NCBI GenBank assembly: GCA_002686955.1
Contig: NYZA01000108.1
Location: 1,312-65,311 of the forward strand
Origin: Gemmatimonadota bacterium
GTDB taxonomy: Bacteria > GCA-2686955
DNA: 64,000 nt
Direction of reading: 5' to 3'
In this document: one piece after another, positions 35,745 to 44,758 of the stretch
Layout of the letters: each line of letters begins with the position of its first letter
Position numbering within the stretch: position 1 is the first letter of the stretch
The notes under the pieces: generated by a model
What the model was told of the DNA's origin: nothing
Seen by the model: the letters and a program-made list of their open reading frames with translations, nothing else
Database searches by the model: none
Program-made: the position numbers and the translations under genes

Positions 35745-37133
35745 CTAGAAGTCCAGCATCATCGCCGCCGTCACGCGGAATACCCGCTCTTCGATCCGAT
35801 CCGACTCAGTGCGGGTCTCGGCACCGAAGAGAGCGTCGTCGAAGAGGTCGCCCGTGCGGTACGCGGCGTAGCCCAGAGCCCCGGCGATGTCGATCTTCGC
35901 CGGTCCCGCGGCCATCTGAGTGCCGGCCGTGAAGCCGACTCGATTGCGATCGGCGCCGGTGTAGGGGGCGCCGTAGGTGAATCCGAAGCGGAAGGGGGTT
36001 CCGCCGGGCAGAATATGCTCGACACCGAGCCGATAGCGGGTCACGTCGCTCGGCTTGCCTCCTCCGCCGAGCTCGCCATCCGACTCCCAGGGCTCGTAGT
36101 CGAGCTGGAAGGCGATGTTGGTTCGCACCACGTTCACCGGGTGGAAAAGCAGGCCGATGCTGTGGCGCGAGGCGTAACGGGGGGCGCTCGTCGTTTCGCT
36201 GATCGCCGTGGAATCGCCCACGATCATGGTGGCACGCACATCGTTGTCGAGCTCGATCGCCGATCGAAAGGCGTAGGCGAGCTCCACGCGCTCCCGGTGC
36301 GCCAGACGGACGCCTGCGACGAAGCCGGTACCCGAACCGTCGGTCTCCGTCGTGACCCGCTGGTCGTCGTAGGGCAGCAGGGGTTCGTCCCAGACGATCT
36401 CCCCGTCGATCTGATTGACCACCGTCACCGGCTCGTAAGTTGTCGCTACGATTCGAGAGATCTCCGTCCAGTAGAGATCGACGCCGCCTCCCCACGAAAG
36501 GGTCCATCGGTCGTTCTCGATCAGCTTGTGGCCGAGCGCGAAGGTCAGACGATCGACGCCGCCCTCCTGCATGACCGAGTTCGAGCCGAGCGGCATATCG
36601 GTATAGTCGGCGACGACGTTTTGTCCGGGCAGCTCGGAACGAACGTCCTCGGGGAAAAAGGAGCGGAAGCGCCAGGGCGACAAGATCTGTTCTCGATAGC
36701 TGTAGTCGGCGACGAACGCGGGACGGTAAGAAGCAGCGAGCACCGGCCAGCCGGTCGAGATCGCCCATGCGGCGGCCACGGCCGGATAGGTGTGGCGATC
36801 GGCATTCAGTGCATAAATGTTGTCGGCCAGATAGCCCGAGAAGGAGTCGTGCACCGTATAGGAGCGCCGCTCGTCATCGGTATCGAGAACCCCCACGACC
36901 TGAATCGCGAGCCCTTCGGTCGCCGCGAGGGCTGCGGGATTCGCCGTGACGGCCGCGACACCCTTCGCGAGGGTCATGCCGGTGCCGCCCAACGCCGCTT
37001 CTCTGGCGCCGGCAGCTTCGAAAGGCGATCCCATCTCTTGTTCGGAGAAAGAGATCGACGACGCCGCGGTCGGCGAGATTCCGAACGCGACCAGAAGGGT
37101 TGTCAGGTTTCGCGGGTTCATTTGCATCACCAT
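35745..37133 (-). CDS. FadL/PorV-like outer-membrane beta-barrel protein
   Basis: Signal peptide. N-terminal motif GAREAALGGTGMTLAKGVAAVTANPAAL. Alternating strand pattern. C-terminal ...VTAAMMLDF (terminal Phe). Confidence 0.65.
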   Translation of the reverse strand: MVMQMNPRNLTTLLVAFGISPTAASSISFSEQEMGSPFEAAGAREAALGGTGMTLAKGVAAVTANPAALAATEGLAIQVVGVLDTDDERRSYTVHDSFSGYLADNIYALNADRHTYPAVAAAWAISTGWPVLAASYRPAFVADYSYREQILSPWRFRSFFPEDVRSELPGQNVVADYTDMPLGSNSVMQEGGVDRLTFALGHKLIENDRWTLSWGGGVDLYWTEISRIVATTYEPVTVVNQIDGEIVWDEPLLPYDDQRVTTETDGSGTGFVAGVRLAHRERVELAYAFRSAIELDNDVRATMIVGDSTAISETTSAPRYASRHSIGLLFHPVNVVRTNIAFQLDYEPWESDGELGGGGKPSDVTRYRLGVEHILPGGTPFRFGFTYGAPYTGADRNRVGFTAGTQMAAGPAKIDIAGALGYAAYRTGDLFDDALFGAETRTESDRIEERVFRVTAAMMLDF

Positions 37134-39628
37134 GTGTAATCGAGCTGAAGCCTGAATTGTGTCGACTCGCTGAGCTCGAAGGGTGCGTCGTTCTCTTGCG
37201 AGGAGAACTCGAACTCACCGTTGTAGAGCCGAGCGTCGCGCCAGTTGGTGGGATTCTCGCGATGCCAGGCAGCCTTTAGGTATAGCGAAAGATTGTCGGA
37301 GAGACGATCCCAGATCGAGATCCAAAAGCGCGTGCCTTCACCGTCGACCACGAGGAACTCGGTGTCCTCGAAGTTCCAGAAGAAGCCCTTGAATGCGGTC
37401 GCTCCCGCGCGGAACTTGAGCCGTTCGTTCACGCGATGATCGATCACCGTTCCCAGTGCGATCGACGGTTCCGTCTCGGATCCTTGTAGCGGCACATTTT
37501 CTTCCGGATCCGCGTCGCGATAAATCGGCCCTCCCTCACGCGTACCCGCCAGCCGGCCGCGAGAGGGCCATCGAGTGTGGCCGATGTGGTAGAGGAACTC
37601 GATTCCGTTGCGATCGGAGAGGAAGAGGCGCAGGCGGAAACGATCCTCGATCGTTTGGCTGATCTCGATAGTCTCGGCGAAACCCTCTTCGTTTCGGGAT
37701 TGCCATTTGTGTCGCCACTGCAAGCGCAAGGGCCAGGTCGGTGAGAACTCGAGCCTCGGCACGATCCGTTTGAACGCCGATCCATCCGACTTCCGGATCC
37801 AGGTCGAGTAATCGACCGTCGCCAGGAGCATTCGGTGCAGTCGGTAGCGGGTCGACCCGTAGAACCCCCGCTCCGGAGCCGGCTGGGCGCTGTTGACGTA
37901 GAGCTCCGCCATCAGCGGATTGGTCAGCCGGAAGGGGTCCTCGAAAATCGTATCGTCGTAACGCTCTTTCTCACTGAAGGCCCGATTGAAGGGGTTGTCG
38001 TAGTCGACGTCGTAGTCGCGGAAGGAGAGCAGAAGGTTCAGGTTCGACCACTGCGCGAAGGCCGTCGCGATAATGGCGTCGCCGGCGCCGAGCTGCTTTC
38101 CGTACTCGATCTGCCCCACGGCGTTCTTCCAGACGACCTGCGCCTCGCCGCCCACGACCCGCCGGAACTTTCCCTCGAGCTGGTTCGACATCAAATACTC
38201 GTTGTCGATCGGAGCGATGTTGTCGAGCGCGTCGTCGCGGATGACCCCGTCGAACGAAGGTAGGAAGAAACGGTCGTAGAGCGATTCGTACCCCGTCACG
38301 GCGACGTGGCTGCCGGGTGCGAGCTCGAAACGAATACTCCCGCCCCACGTAGTCTCGTCTACCGAATCGGTGGCGATGAACGCGGCGTTCGAATCGAGCT
38401 GCGTCGGATGAAGCGCGAGCGTATCGGGCAGATCGTCCGAGTCGATTCTAGGGTTCAGAGTGATCAGCGTCCGGACCTGACCGGCATTGTCGAGAATCGC
38501 GTCGCGTTCATCGTTCGACCAGAAGCCGATCAGTCGCAGGTTTCCCCAGGCGAGCTGTGCCGCCGCCCCCTGGAAGGCATGCTGATTGGTGCGGCTGATG
38601 TCGCCGAGGATTCCCTGCTGCCGCTTGTCGAAGATGAGTCCGCTCTTTCGCGGCCGGTAGAAATCGGTGTTCTCGAGTATCAGCCCCTGGCCCATCGCGA
38701 GCGAGTAGTTGCCGGCGACGAAATGCTCCAGCTCGAAGGGCCCCATCGAGAGATTTTTCGTGCCTAGATACCCCTTGAGCGTTCCGGAAAGGTCGCTCTC
38801 GAAAGCGTTGCGATGGGTGATCAGTCCGGCCTCCCACCGATCTCCCACCCGTCCCCGAATCTTCGTCGTCACCTCGGGCTGCTGCTCATCCAAGCCCAGC
38901 AACGCATATGCGTCGCGAACGAACTGTTGGTTGTAGTAAGTGGAATCGTTGTCGGCCGCGTAGAAGTCCTCTCGAAAGAGGTCTTCGTTGTCGGTCATCG
39001 TCAGCGGCCGACTGATGCGAAACTGGGCATCTCCACCGAATCCGCGCCCGATCTCGTCCTCGTAGCGCACGTAGTCGCGGACCGAGCGCCAGCCGAAATG
39101 AGATAGATCGGGAGTGCTGCGCAGATCACGGCTCGATCGGATCGGTCTGCCGCCTCTTACGTGGCGCACGATCGCCGCGGCATCGATCGGCGAAACGCCG
39201 GGAAGGGATTGAAGGCGGTCGGTGCTCGCGGTTGCGAGCGTGATCGGAACGCGAAGCTGATCGATGTAGTTGTCGATCAGCGCCTCGTTCGCTCCCTCCT
39301 GCGCGGTGAGCCGAGAGATGCTGGCGTAGAGCCGATCCATCCGCTGGACGTCGAGGTCGCGCCCCTCTTCGGGAAGGATCGCCACCTTGTCGCGAAGTGT
39401 GAGCAGATGGTCTTGCGTCAATCCGGGCACCAGCCTGAGGTCGTAGAACGATTCGAAGGCGCCGTGGTACTTGAGCCGATCGAGCAGCGCCTCACTCACC
39501 TCGGTGGGGAGCGGCAGGGCGCGAATCTCATCGGGGCCGGCGTTGTTGATATCGACCGGGACCGAGGCCGCCGCGGAGCGCGCCAGGACCAGGGCGGCCA
39601 GCGGCCAGAGGAGCTTGCTCCGGCGCAT
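37127..39628 (-). CDS. large outer-membrane protein: two N-terminal ComEA-like HhH modules + ~700-aa predicted beta-barrel
   Basis: Start at MRRSKLLWPLAALVLARSAAA (signal peptide). HhH 1 is VDINNAGPDEIRALPLPTEVSEALLDRLKYHGAFESFYDLRLVPGLTQDHL. HhH 2 is LQSLPGVSPIDAAAIVRHVRGGRPIRSSRDL. C-terminus is ...FRLQLDYTW (aromatic end). The upstream ~165 codons of ORF 37127-40126 are rejected because they overlap the next gene. Confidence 0.65.
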   Translation of the reverse strand: MRRSKLLWPLAALVLARSAAASVPVDINNAGPDEIRALPLPTEVSEALLDRLKYHGAFESFYDLRLVPGLTQDHLLTLRDKVAILPEEGRDLDVQRMDRLYASISRLTAQEGANEALIDNYIDQLRVPITLATASTDRLQSLPGVSPIDAAAIVRHVRGGRPIRSSRDLRSTPDLSHFGWRSVRDYVRYEDEIGRGFGGDAQFRISRPLTMTDNEDLFREDFYAADNDSTYYNQQFVRDAYALLGLDEQQPEVTTKIRGRVGDRWEAGLITHRNAFESDLSGTLKGYLGTKNLSMGPFELEHFVAGNYSLAMGQGLILENTDFYRPRKSGLIFDKRQQGILGDISRTNQHAFQGAAAQLAWGNLRLIGFWSNDERDAILDNAGQVRTLITLNPRIDSDDLPDTLALHPTQLDSNAAFIATDSVDETTWGGSIRFELAPGSHVAVTGYESLYDRFFLPSFDGVIRDDALDNIAPIDNEYLMSNQLEGKFRRVVGGEAQVVWKNAVGQIEYGKQLGAGDAIIATAFAQWSNLNLLLSFRDYDVDYDNPFNRAFSEKERYDDTIFEDPFRLTNPLMAELYVNSAQPAPERGFYGSTRYRLHRMLLATVDYSTWIRKSDGSAFKRIVPRLEFSPTWPLRLQWRHKWQSRNEEGFAETIEISQTIEDRFRLRLFLSDRNGIEFLYHIGHTRWPSRGRLAGTREGGPIYRDADPEENVPLQGSETEPSIALGTVIDHRVNERLKFRAGATAFKGFFWNFEDTEFLVVDGEGTRFWISIWDRLSDNLSLYLKAAWHRENPTNWRDARLYNGEFEFSSQENDAPFELSESTQFRLQLDYTW

Positions 39629-40557
39629 CAGAACTCGACTCCCACTCCGAGGTAGTGCGATGAGGGCAGGATCGGATGGTCTCCGAAAGTGTAGTCGAAG
39701 ACGAAGTTGCCGAATGCGATGCGGGCGCCACCCGAGAAGCGCGCGGGCTCCGATCCGACTCCTACGCGAAGCGTGAGCATCTCGACGATTCGGTACTCCA
39801 TGCCTGCCCGCAGCAGCGATGGGGCTTCCCCCGATCTCAGCTCGACCTCTCCCGTAGTGACCACGTCGGGATAGGGCTGGTAGGCGGCGCCGAGAGTCAG
39901 CGCCTCGAGAAGCTGAATCCGGTCGGTATCGCCCAGCGTGGGGCGATTGAGGTTGCGCAGAACGGCGCTCAAGAAGGTACGGCCTTCGAGGTTCGCCCTC
40001 ACACCGACATCGAAGCCGACGGCCGATGCGCTGCCCAGATCGATTCTGTCGACATACGAATCGGTCGCTGGCACGTAGGTGCCCGCTGAAGTGCCGAATC
40101 CCAGCTGGTGCATATGGGCTGCCCAACCCACGGCCAAGCTGGAGTGAACATCCTCCATGACCGTGAAGCCGTGCGCGATCGAGAGGGTGAACTCGTTCGA
40201 GAGGCGCTCGCCCTGGCTCGATTTGGTCATGAAGGTCCGCACGCCAGCAGCCGCCGAGCCGAACTTGCCCATCGGGAAACCGGCGTATGCCAGACTGTGG
40301 CTCAGGAAGTCGAAGTTGCCGATTCGATTGTGACTGAACGCCGCGTTCGTGGACGAGAGACTCGCCAGGCCCGCCGGGTTGTAGTAGAGCGCCGACGCAT
40401 CGTCGAGCAGGGCGCTGGCCGCGCCACCGATCGCCATGGCTCGAGGCGTGGGGCCTTGAAGCTCGAAAACGGCGTGCGCCGGGGAGGTCGCGACGACCGT
40501 GCCGGCAAGGAGCGCGAGAGCGGCCTTCAAAAGAGAATCAGTCAAGGCGGGCTCCAA
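39628..40557 (-). CDS. FadL/PorV-like outer-membrane beta-barrel protein (paralog of the barrel in 25435-26586)
   Basis: Signal KAALALLAGTVVATSPAHA. Motif AMAIGGAASALLDDASALYYNPAGLASL. C-terminal ...LGVGVEF. An alternative TTG start at 40530 gives a clean signal peptide. TGATG junction with the next gene. Confidence 0.65.
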   Translation of the reverse strand: MEPALTDSLLKAALALLAGTVVATSPAHAVFELQGPTPRAMAIGGAASALLDDASALYYNPAGLASLSSTNAAFSHNRIGNFDFLSHSLAYAGFPMGKFGSAAAGVRTFMTKSSQGERLSNEFTLSIAHGFTVMEDVHSSLAVGWAAHMHQLGFGTSAGTYVPATDSYVDRIDLGSASAVGFDVGVRANLEGRTFLSAVLRNLNRPTLGDTDRIQLLEALTLGAAYQPYPDVVTTGEVELRSGEAPSLLRAGMEYRIVEMLTLRVGVGSEPARFSGGARIAFGNFVFDYTFGDHPILPSSHYLGVGVEF

Positions 40558-42208
40558 TCACGATGGGCGCCGATGCCGCGGTGATCGAGCCGTCGCCCGT
40601 CTGCGACGCCCGAATGTGCACGATGTAGGTGCCGGCGGTGAGGCGTTGGTTCAAGCGGTCCCTTCCGTCCCAGTAGAGATCTCTGTCGCCGTAGGGAGGC
40701 GCATTCGGTTCTTCCAGCAGCGTTGCTACCGAACGCCCCGTCATATCGAAGATTTGGATCCAGACATGGCTCTCCGGTGGAGCATTCCAGATCAACCGCA
40801 CCTTCTCCTGAGCGGTGGGCGCGAAGAGCGCCCGCGGCACGCTCAAGGTCGCGTGATCCACCGTCAGCGTGTCGAGCCCATCGGGAGGCGTGCCCGCGAG
40901 ACTCAGATCCTCCTGGTAGTTGAGCAAGATCTGAAAAGCGTCGTTGTAGACCGAGCCGACCCCCTTGGCCTCGATCAGCTGATCGCGGGAGAGGTTCTCC
41001 TCGATGAAAGCCCCCAGACCGGCAGTGTCCCAGACCCGAACCGTCGTGTTTCCCGATCCATCCGATATCTCGATATTCCACCCTCCGCCGGCGTTCGATG
41101 GGGTCTCCGTCACCCAACCGTTCACCGTGATCAGCGTTCCGTCCCATTTCGGATCGTTCGCCTCGGCGATGGTGAGCAGACTGTCCGCCGGAAGCGGCGC
41201 CCCGACTCCCAGATTCTCTACTTCGCTGATGACGACCTCGGTCGTTCGGAACTGCACGGTGGGGTCGTCCTCTTCGGGTGGGTAGTCCACCACTTCGCCC
41301 GTGATCCGAACCCGTGTCCCCCGCACTAGATCCTCATGGGCCTTGCCGAACTCGAAGATATTGATCCCCCGCCCCGATTCGTCCTGCACATAGATCGATG
41401 TCGCGGGACTGCCCGAAATCTCCTCCGCGACCTTGCCCCAGCCGACCGTGACGACGCCCTCGATGGTGACGTTCCTCCCATCGTAGACATCGATGCTGTC
41501 CTGAATCGACGCGATGGGCGTGATCTTGCCAACCCACTCGCCACCGACCCAGAGATCGGAATCGTCGACGAGCAACACCTGGAAGTCGTCCGTATAGGGA
41601 GAGACGATCCCCTTCACCGTGATCGAGTCGCTCATGTCGACCGCCGACAGATCGATACCGATCGAATCCCAGACCCTCACCGTGATCTCGCCGCTGCCGT
41701 CGTCGACGCCGATATTCGCGCCGCCGCCTAGCCCTTTGATGAAATCGGTCACCTCCCCCGTGATCTGAACGTAGCTTCCCTCATGCTCGGCATCGTTGGC
41801 CGCCGCCGTGGTCAGCGTCGCCGGCGTGGGCAGAGGCTGCCCCGTCGCCTCGATGCTCGGAGCCGATGAGGGGAGGATCTCGGTCGTACGGTTGTCGTTA
41901 CTACCCTGGTAGTCCTCAATCTCACCGGTGACCTTGATCAGGTCGCCCCGGTTCCACGGATAGAGAGTGTTGTAGTCGAAGACCTGGATCCCGTGGCCGG
42001 AGTCGTCCTGAATGTAGACCGACGTTCGTCCGGACCATAGGTCGCCGTTGTCTCCCAGACTGACCCCTTGGACGGTAACAGTCCGCCCATCGTAGACATC
42101 GATGCTGTCCTGGATATTGGCGATCGGAACGATCGTCTGGGCGGTCGCCGATGTGGCCAGAAGGGTGAGGCAGCAGGCAGGGAAGACGAGGAGCCGTAGT
42201 GGGCGCAC
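40538..42208 (-). CDS. secreted protein with three ExeM/NucH-type OB-fold-like modules and a T9SS/FlgD-Ig-type C-terminal domain
   Basis: Signal peptide. Repeats of I(A/P)(S/N)IQDSIDVYDGR.VT..GV......S.Y(I/V)QD.SG.GI..F.....RG..(I/V).(V/I)TGE(I/V).DY. C-terminus VWIQIFDMTGRSVATLL...LYWDGRD...AGTYIVHI. Confidence 0.7.
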   Translation of the reverse strand: MRPLRLLVFPACCLTLLATSATAQTIVPIANIQDSIDVYDGRTVTVQGVSLGDNGDLWSGRTSVYIQDDSGHGIQVFDYNTLYPWNRGDLIKVTGEIEDYQGSNDNRTTEILPSSAPSIEATGQPLPTPATLTTAAANDAEHEGSYVQITGEVTDFIKGLGGGANIGVDDGSGEITVRVWDSIGIDLSAVDMSDSITVKGIVSPYTDDFQVLLVDDSDLWVGGEWVGKITPIASIQDSIDVYDGRNVTIEGVVTVGWGKVAEEISGSPATSIYVQDESGRGINIFEFGKAHEDLVRGTRVRITGEVVDYPPEEDDPTVQFRTTEVVISEVENLGVGAPLPADSLLTIAEANDPKWDGTLITVNGWVTETPSNAGGGWNIEISDGSGNTTVRVWDTAGLGAFIEENLSRDQLIEAKGVGSVYNDAFQILLNYQEDLSLAGTPPDGLDTLTVDHATLSVPRALFAPTAQEKVRLIWNAPPESHVWIQIFDMTGRSVATLLEEPNAPPYGDRDLYWDGRDRLNQRLTAGTYIVHIRASQTGDGSITAASAPIVIGARLD

Positions 42209-42308
42209 GTGCTTCTTCCGATCGAAGTGGCGGCGGGTTGGGGCAAAAGAGGGGAGAGGCTATCACTCCGAGGAGTGCGGGGGCCACGAGAGTCGAGCTT
42301 TCGGTACA

Positions 42309-42400
42309 GGGGGAGAGGGGAAGAGGATGGGGACCGCGCACTGGTTCTCCGGTCGCCGCCATTCGTCGCCAGGCCTGCCCCCCGGCTCCGCTCCCCCGAA
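42309..42400 (+). repeat. dispersed intergenic repeat, copy C (partial)
   Basis: GGGGAAGAGGATGGGGACCG...CGCCGCCATTCG...GGCTCCGCTCCCCCGAAC aligns with 708-800. Sits about 100 bp upstream of the operon start codon at 42208. Confidence 0.7.
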
Positions 42401-42439
42401 CCGGCCTCAGCGGATGACCGCGAATCTAGCCGGGCCAGG

Positions 42440-42860
42440 CACGCATCACCCTGCTCGCCGGCACCCCTTCGCCAGCATCCGCAATAGCGACACCAGCCCG
42501 ACCGCTTCGATTCCCGCCTTCATCGGCCAACTCTCCTCCCCTCCGTGGACAAGGTAGACCCTCCGGGGGCGAAGGACCTCCCAGGCGGAACGGAACCCCC
42601 GCGAGAGACGCGGAGTCGTAGAGCGCTTGATCGCGATCGCGCAACCGACCCGCCCCCCCTTTCGAAGACCAGATCGGCCTCGGCCCCATCCGCCGTGCGG
42701 TAGAAGTAGGGGAGGCAACGCTCACCCGCCGCGGCGAAACAGCCAGGCTCGAGGCGAGACGCGACCGATTGAGCAACGATCTCTGCCCATGCGACAACAT
42801 TCTCCACAGCCGGCCGAGGGTTTCCGCCGGTAGCCGGGGCGCTCTCTGCCAACATGCGTG
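42440..42860 (-). pseudogene. 5'-truncated, frameshifted remnant of a DUF4143-type AAA ATPase gene
   Basis: Only the C-terminal region is present, split over two frames: ...LPYFYRTADGAEADLVFERGG / RVGCAIAIKRSTTP...RRVYLVHGGEESWPMKAGIEAV. Ends against a solo IS terminal repeat at 42881. Confidence 0.55.
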
Positions 42861-42880
42861 AGACATTTTCCCATCCCGCA

Positions 42881-42900
42881 ATTAGGGTCCACGCAAGAAG
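42881..42900 (+). mobile_element. solo terminal-repeat remnant of the IS/MITE family
   Basis: ATTAGGGTCCACGCAAGAAG matches the first ~18 nt of the IS end at 62168 (CTAAGGGTCCACGCAAGAAT). Confidence 0.5.
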
Positions 42901-42904
42901 ATCC

Positions 42905-43654
42905 TCACCGCATCCCCCGCTCCGCCGAAACCCGATCGTAGGCGTCCTGTAGATCCTGGAACTTCCGGTTGGCCAGCTCGACGAACTCTTCGGGCATGCC
43001 TTTGGCGATGATGTTGTCGGGGTGGTACTCTTTGGCGAGCCGGCGATACTTTTTTCGGATGTCGTCGTCGGAGTCGTTGGGTGAGCAGCCGAGGATGCGG
43101 TAGTAGGGAGAGACGTCGGGGATGACGCGGGCGCGCATGCGCAGATAGTCGTCGCGGCTGAACCCGAAAATGTCGGCGGCGCTTTTGATCATGCGCTCTT
43201 CGTTAGGGTGCAGCTCGGCGTCGGCGATCGAGACGCGCAGAAGCACGTCGATCAGCATCTCTTTGACCTGGGGATCGCGGGCGAATGTCGTCGCGAATTG
43301 TGTCGCGAACTCCTCGAAGGCGTGATCCGATTCCTTCGCCTTGCGAAAGATGTCGATCGCGAAGGCGCGGGTTGGATCGTCGAGCCGGAGCTGATCCCGC
43401 ATGAAGGCGTCGATGGCGTCGATTTCGTCGCGGGTGACCTGTCCGTCGGCCTGGGCGAGCTTGGCGAGCATCGAAAAGGTGCCGACGAAGAAGAGGGTTT
43501 GGCGCTCTTCGCCCCGGGTGAGGCGGGGGGCGCGCTCTCTGGCGCGGCCGGGGAAGACGGCATCGGCGGCCATCGCTCCGAGAACGGCGCCAAGGGGGCC
43601 GCCGGTGATGGCGAATCCGATGGCTCCGCCGACGATGGTCTTGAACCAGCCCAT
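42905..43654 (-). CDS. djlA: DjlA-like co-chaperone (TM + TerB-like domain + C-terminal J domain)
   Basis: N-terminal Gly-rich TM (MGWFKTIVGGAIGFAITGGPLGAVLGAMAA). C-terminal J domain YYRILGCSPNDSDDDIRKKYRRLAKEYHPD. Confidence 0.75.
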   Translation of the reverse strand: MGWFKTIVGGAIGFAITGGPLGAVLGAMAADAVFPGRARERAPRLTRGEERQTLFFVGTFSMLAKLAQADGQVTRDEIDAIDAFMRDQLRLDDPTRAFAIDIFRKAKESDHAFEEFATQFATTFARDPQVKEMLIDVLLRVSIADAELHPNEERMIKSAADIFGFSRDDYLRMRARVIPDVSPYYRILGCSPNDSDDDIRKKYRRLAKEYHPDNIIAKGMPEEFVELANRKFQDLQDAYDRVSAERGMR

Positions 43655-43741
43655 GGGGTCTCCTTCGTGAGCCACGAACATCAAGGGTGGTGCGTGGCGG
43701 TCGATCGGGGATAAGGGAGCCCATGTTCGCCCTGGAAGGCC

Positions 43742-44758
43742 GTGGAACGCAACCTACAGCACAATCCGCCGATTCAACTCTTCGCGCCGGGGCCGGTGTG
43801 CGCGGGCTGGTTGGTGCTGGGAATGCTCCTGCTGGCGCCCCATGTTTCGCCCCCGGTTCTGAGGCGTGTGGCGGGGCTGATCCCTTTGTTGTACGCGGGG
43901 TCGCTGGTGCAGGCGGCGCTGGGGGCTCGGCTCGTGCGAGGGGGCGTGCGAGGAGGAACACTGGGGATAGGTCTGCTGGCGGCGGTGTGCGCGGGGGCGG
44001 GGATGATGGCGATCGAGCGGGTGAGTGGGGAGTCGAGCGCGGCCGGGGCGGCGGCGGTGCTGGCGGGATCGCTGGCGGTGTCGTGGCATCTGCTGGTCGC
44101 CGCGGATGAAGAGGCCGCGAGGCGGCGCGGGGGCCTGTGGTTGGTGGCGAACGGGTTGGCGACGGTGGCGGGTCCCTTGATCGGGAAGGAACAGGGCACG
44201 GTGGCCGGAGTGGTTTCGGCGCACGCGATGGTGCACTCGATCGCCGCGGTGCTGCTGCTGGTGCAGAGCTGGCGGGAGGGTCCGATGCGCGGATCGGTGG
44301 ACCGATCGCGGGCGGACGCGGTCGACGTGATTCCGATGGGCGGACTCTTCCTGGTGTTGCTGCTGCTCTGGAGCGCGCGCCGGTCTCTTCCGGTGCCCTT
44401 CGTGCTGCCGGCGAGCTACGCGGTGTTTCCCTGCCTCGCGGTGGTCTTCGTGGGCGTGGCCCCGGTCTCGGCGGCGCTGGGGCGAATGCGGCTCCGGCGG
44501 GAGAGGGTCGCCGGGCTCGGCGCGCTCGCGGGGGTGGTGCTGGCGGCGCCGGCGATCACACTCTCGTGGTCTCTGGCTGGCGGACTGTCGAGCCACGGGC
44601 TGGCGGAATGGGCCTTCTTCGGGGGTCTACCGATCATCGCGTTCGGCTACGCGGGGTTCCTGGCGCTGCTGGCTGGGGGGACCGAGCGAGAGGCGGTCGC
44701 GGGCGCGGGGGCACGGGGCGGTGGTGGGTTAGCCCGGATATCTCACGAGATTCCGTAG
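43742..44758 (+). CDS. polytopic membrane protein, unknown function
   Basis: About 9 hydrophobic segments rich in A/G/L/V; no motif recognised. The last 8 codons and the stop lie inside the MITE at 44729. Confidence 0.45.
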   Translation: MERNLQHNPPIQLFAPGPVCAGWLVLGMLLLAPHVSPPVLRRVAGLIPLLYAGSLVQAALGARLVRGGVRGGTLGIGLLAAVCAGAGMMAIERVSGESSAAGAAAVLAGSLAVSWHLLVAADEEAARRRGGLWLVANGLATVAGPLIGKEQGTVAGVVSAHAMVHSIAAVLLLVQSWREGPMRGSVDRSRADAVDVIPMGGLFLVLLLLWSARRSLPVPFVLPASYAVFPCLAVVFVGVAPVSAALGRMRLRRERVAGLGALAGVVLAAPAITLSWSLAGGLSSHGLAEWAFFGGLPIIAFGYAGFLALLAGGTEREAVAGAGARGGGGLARISHEIP

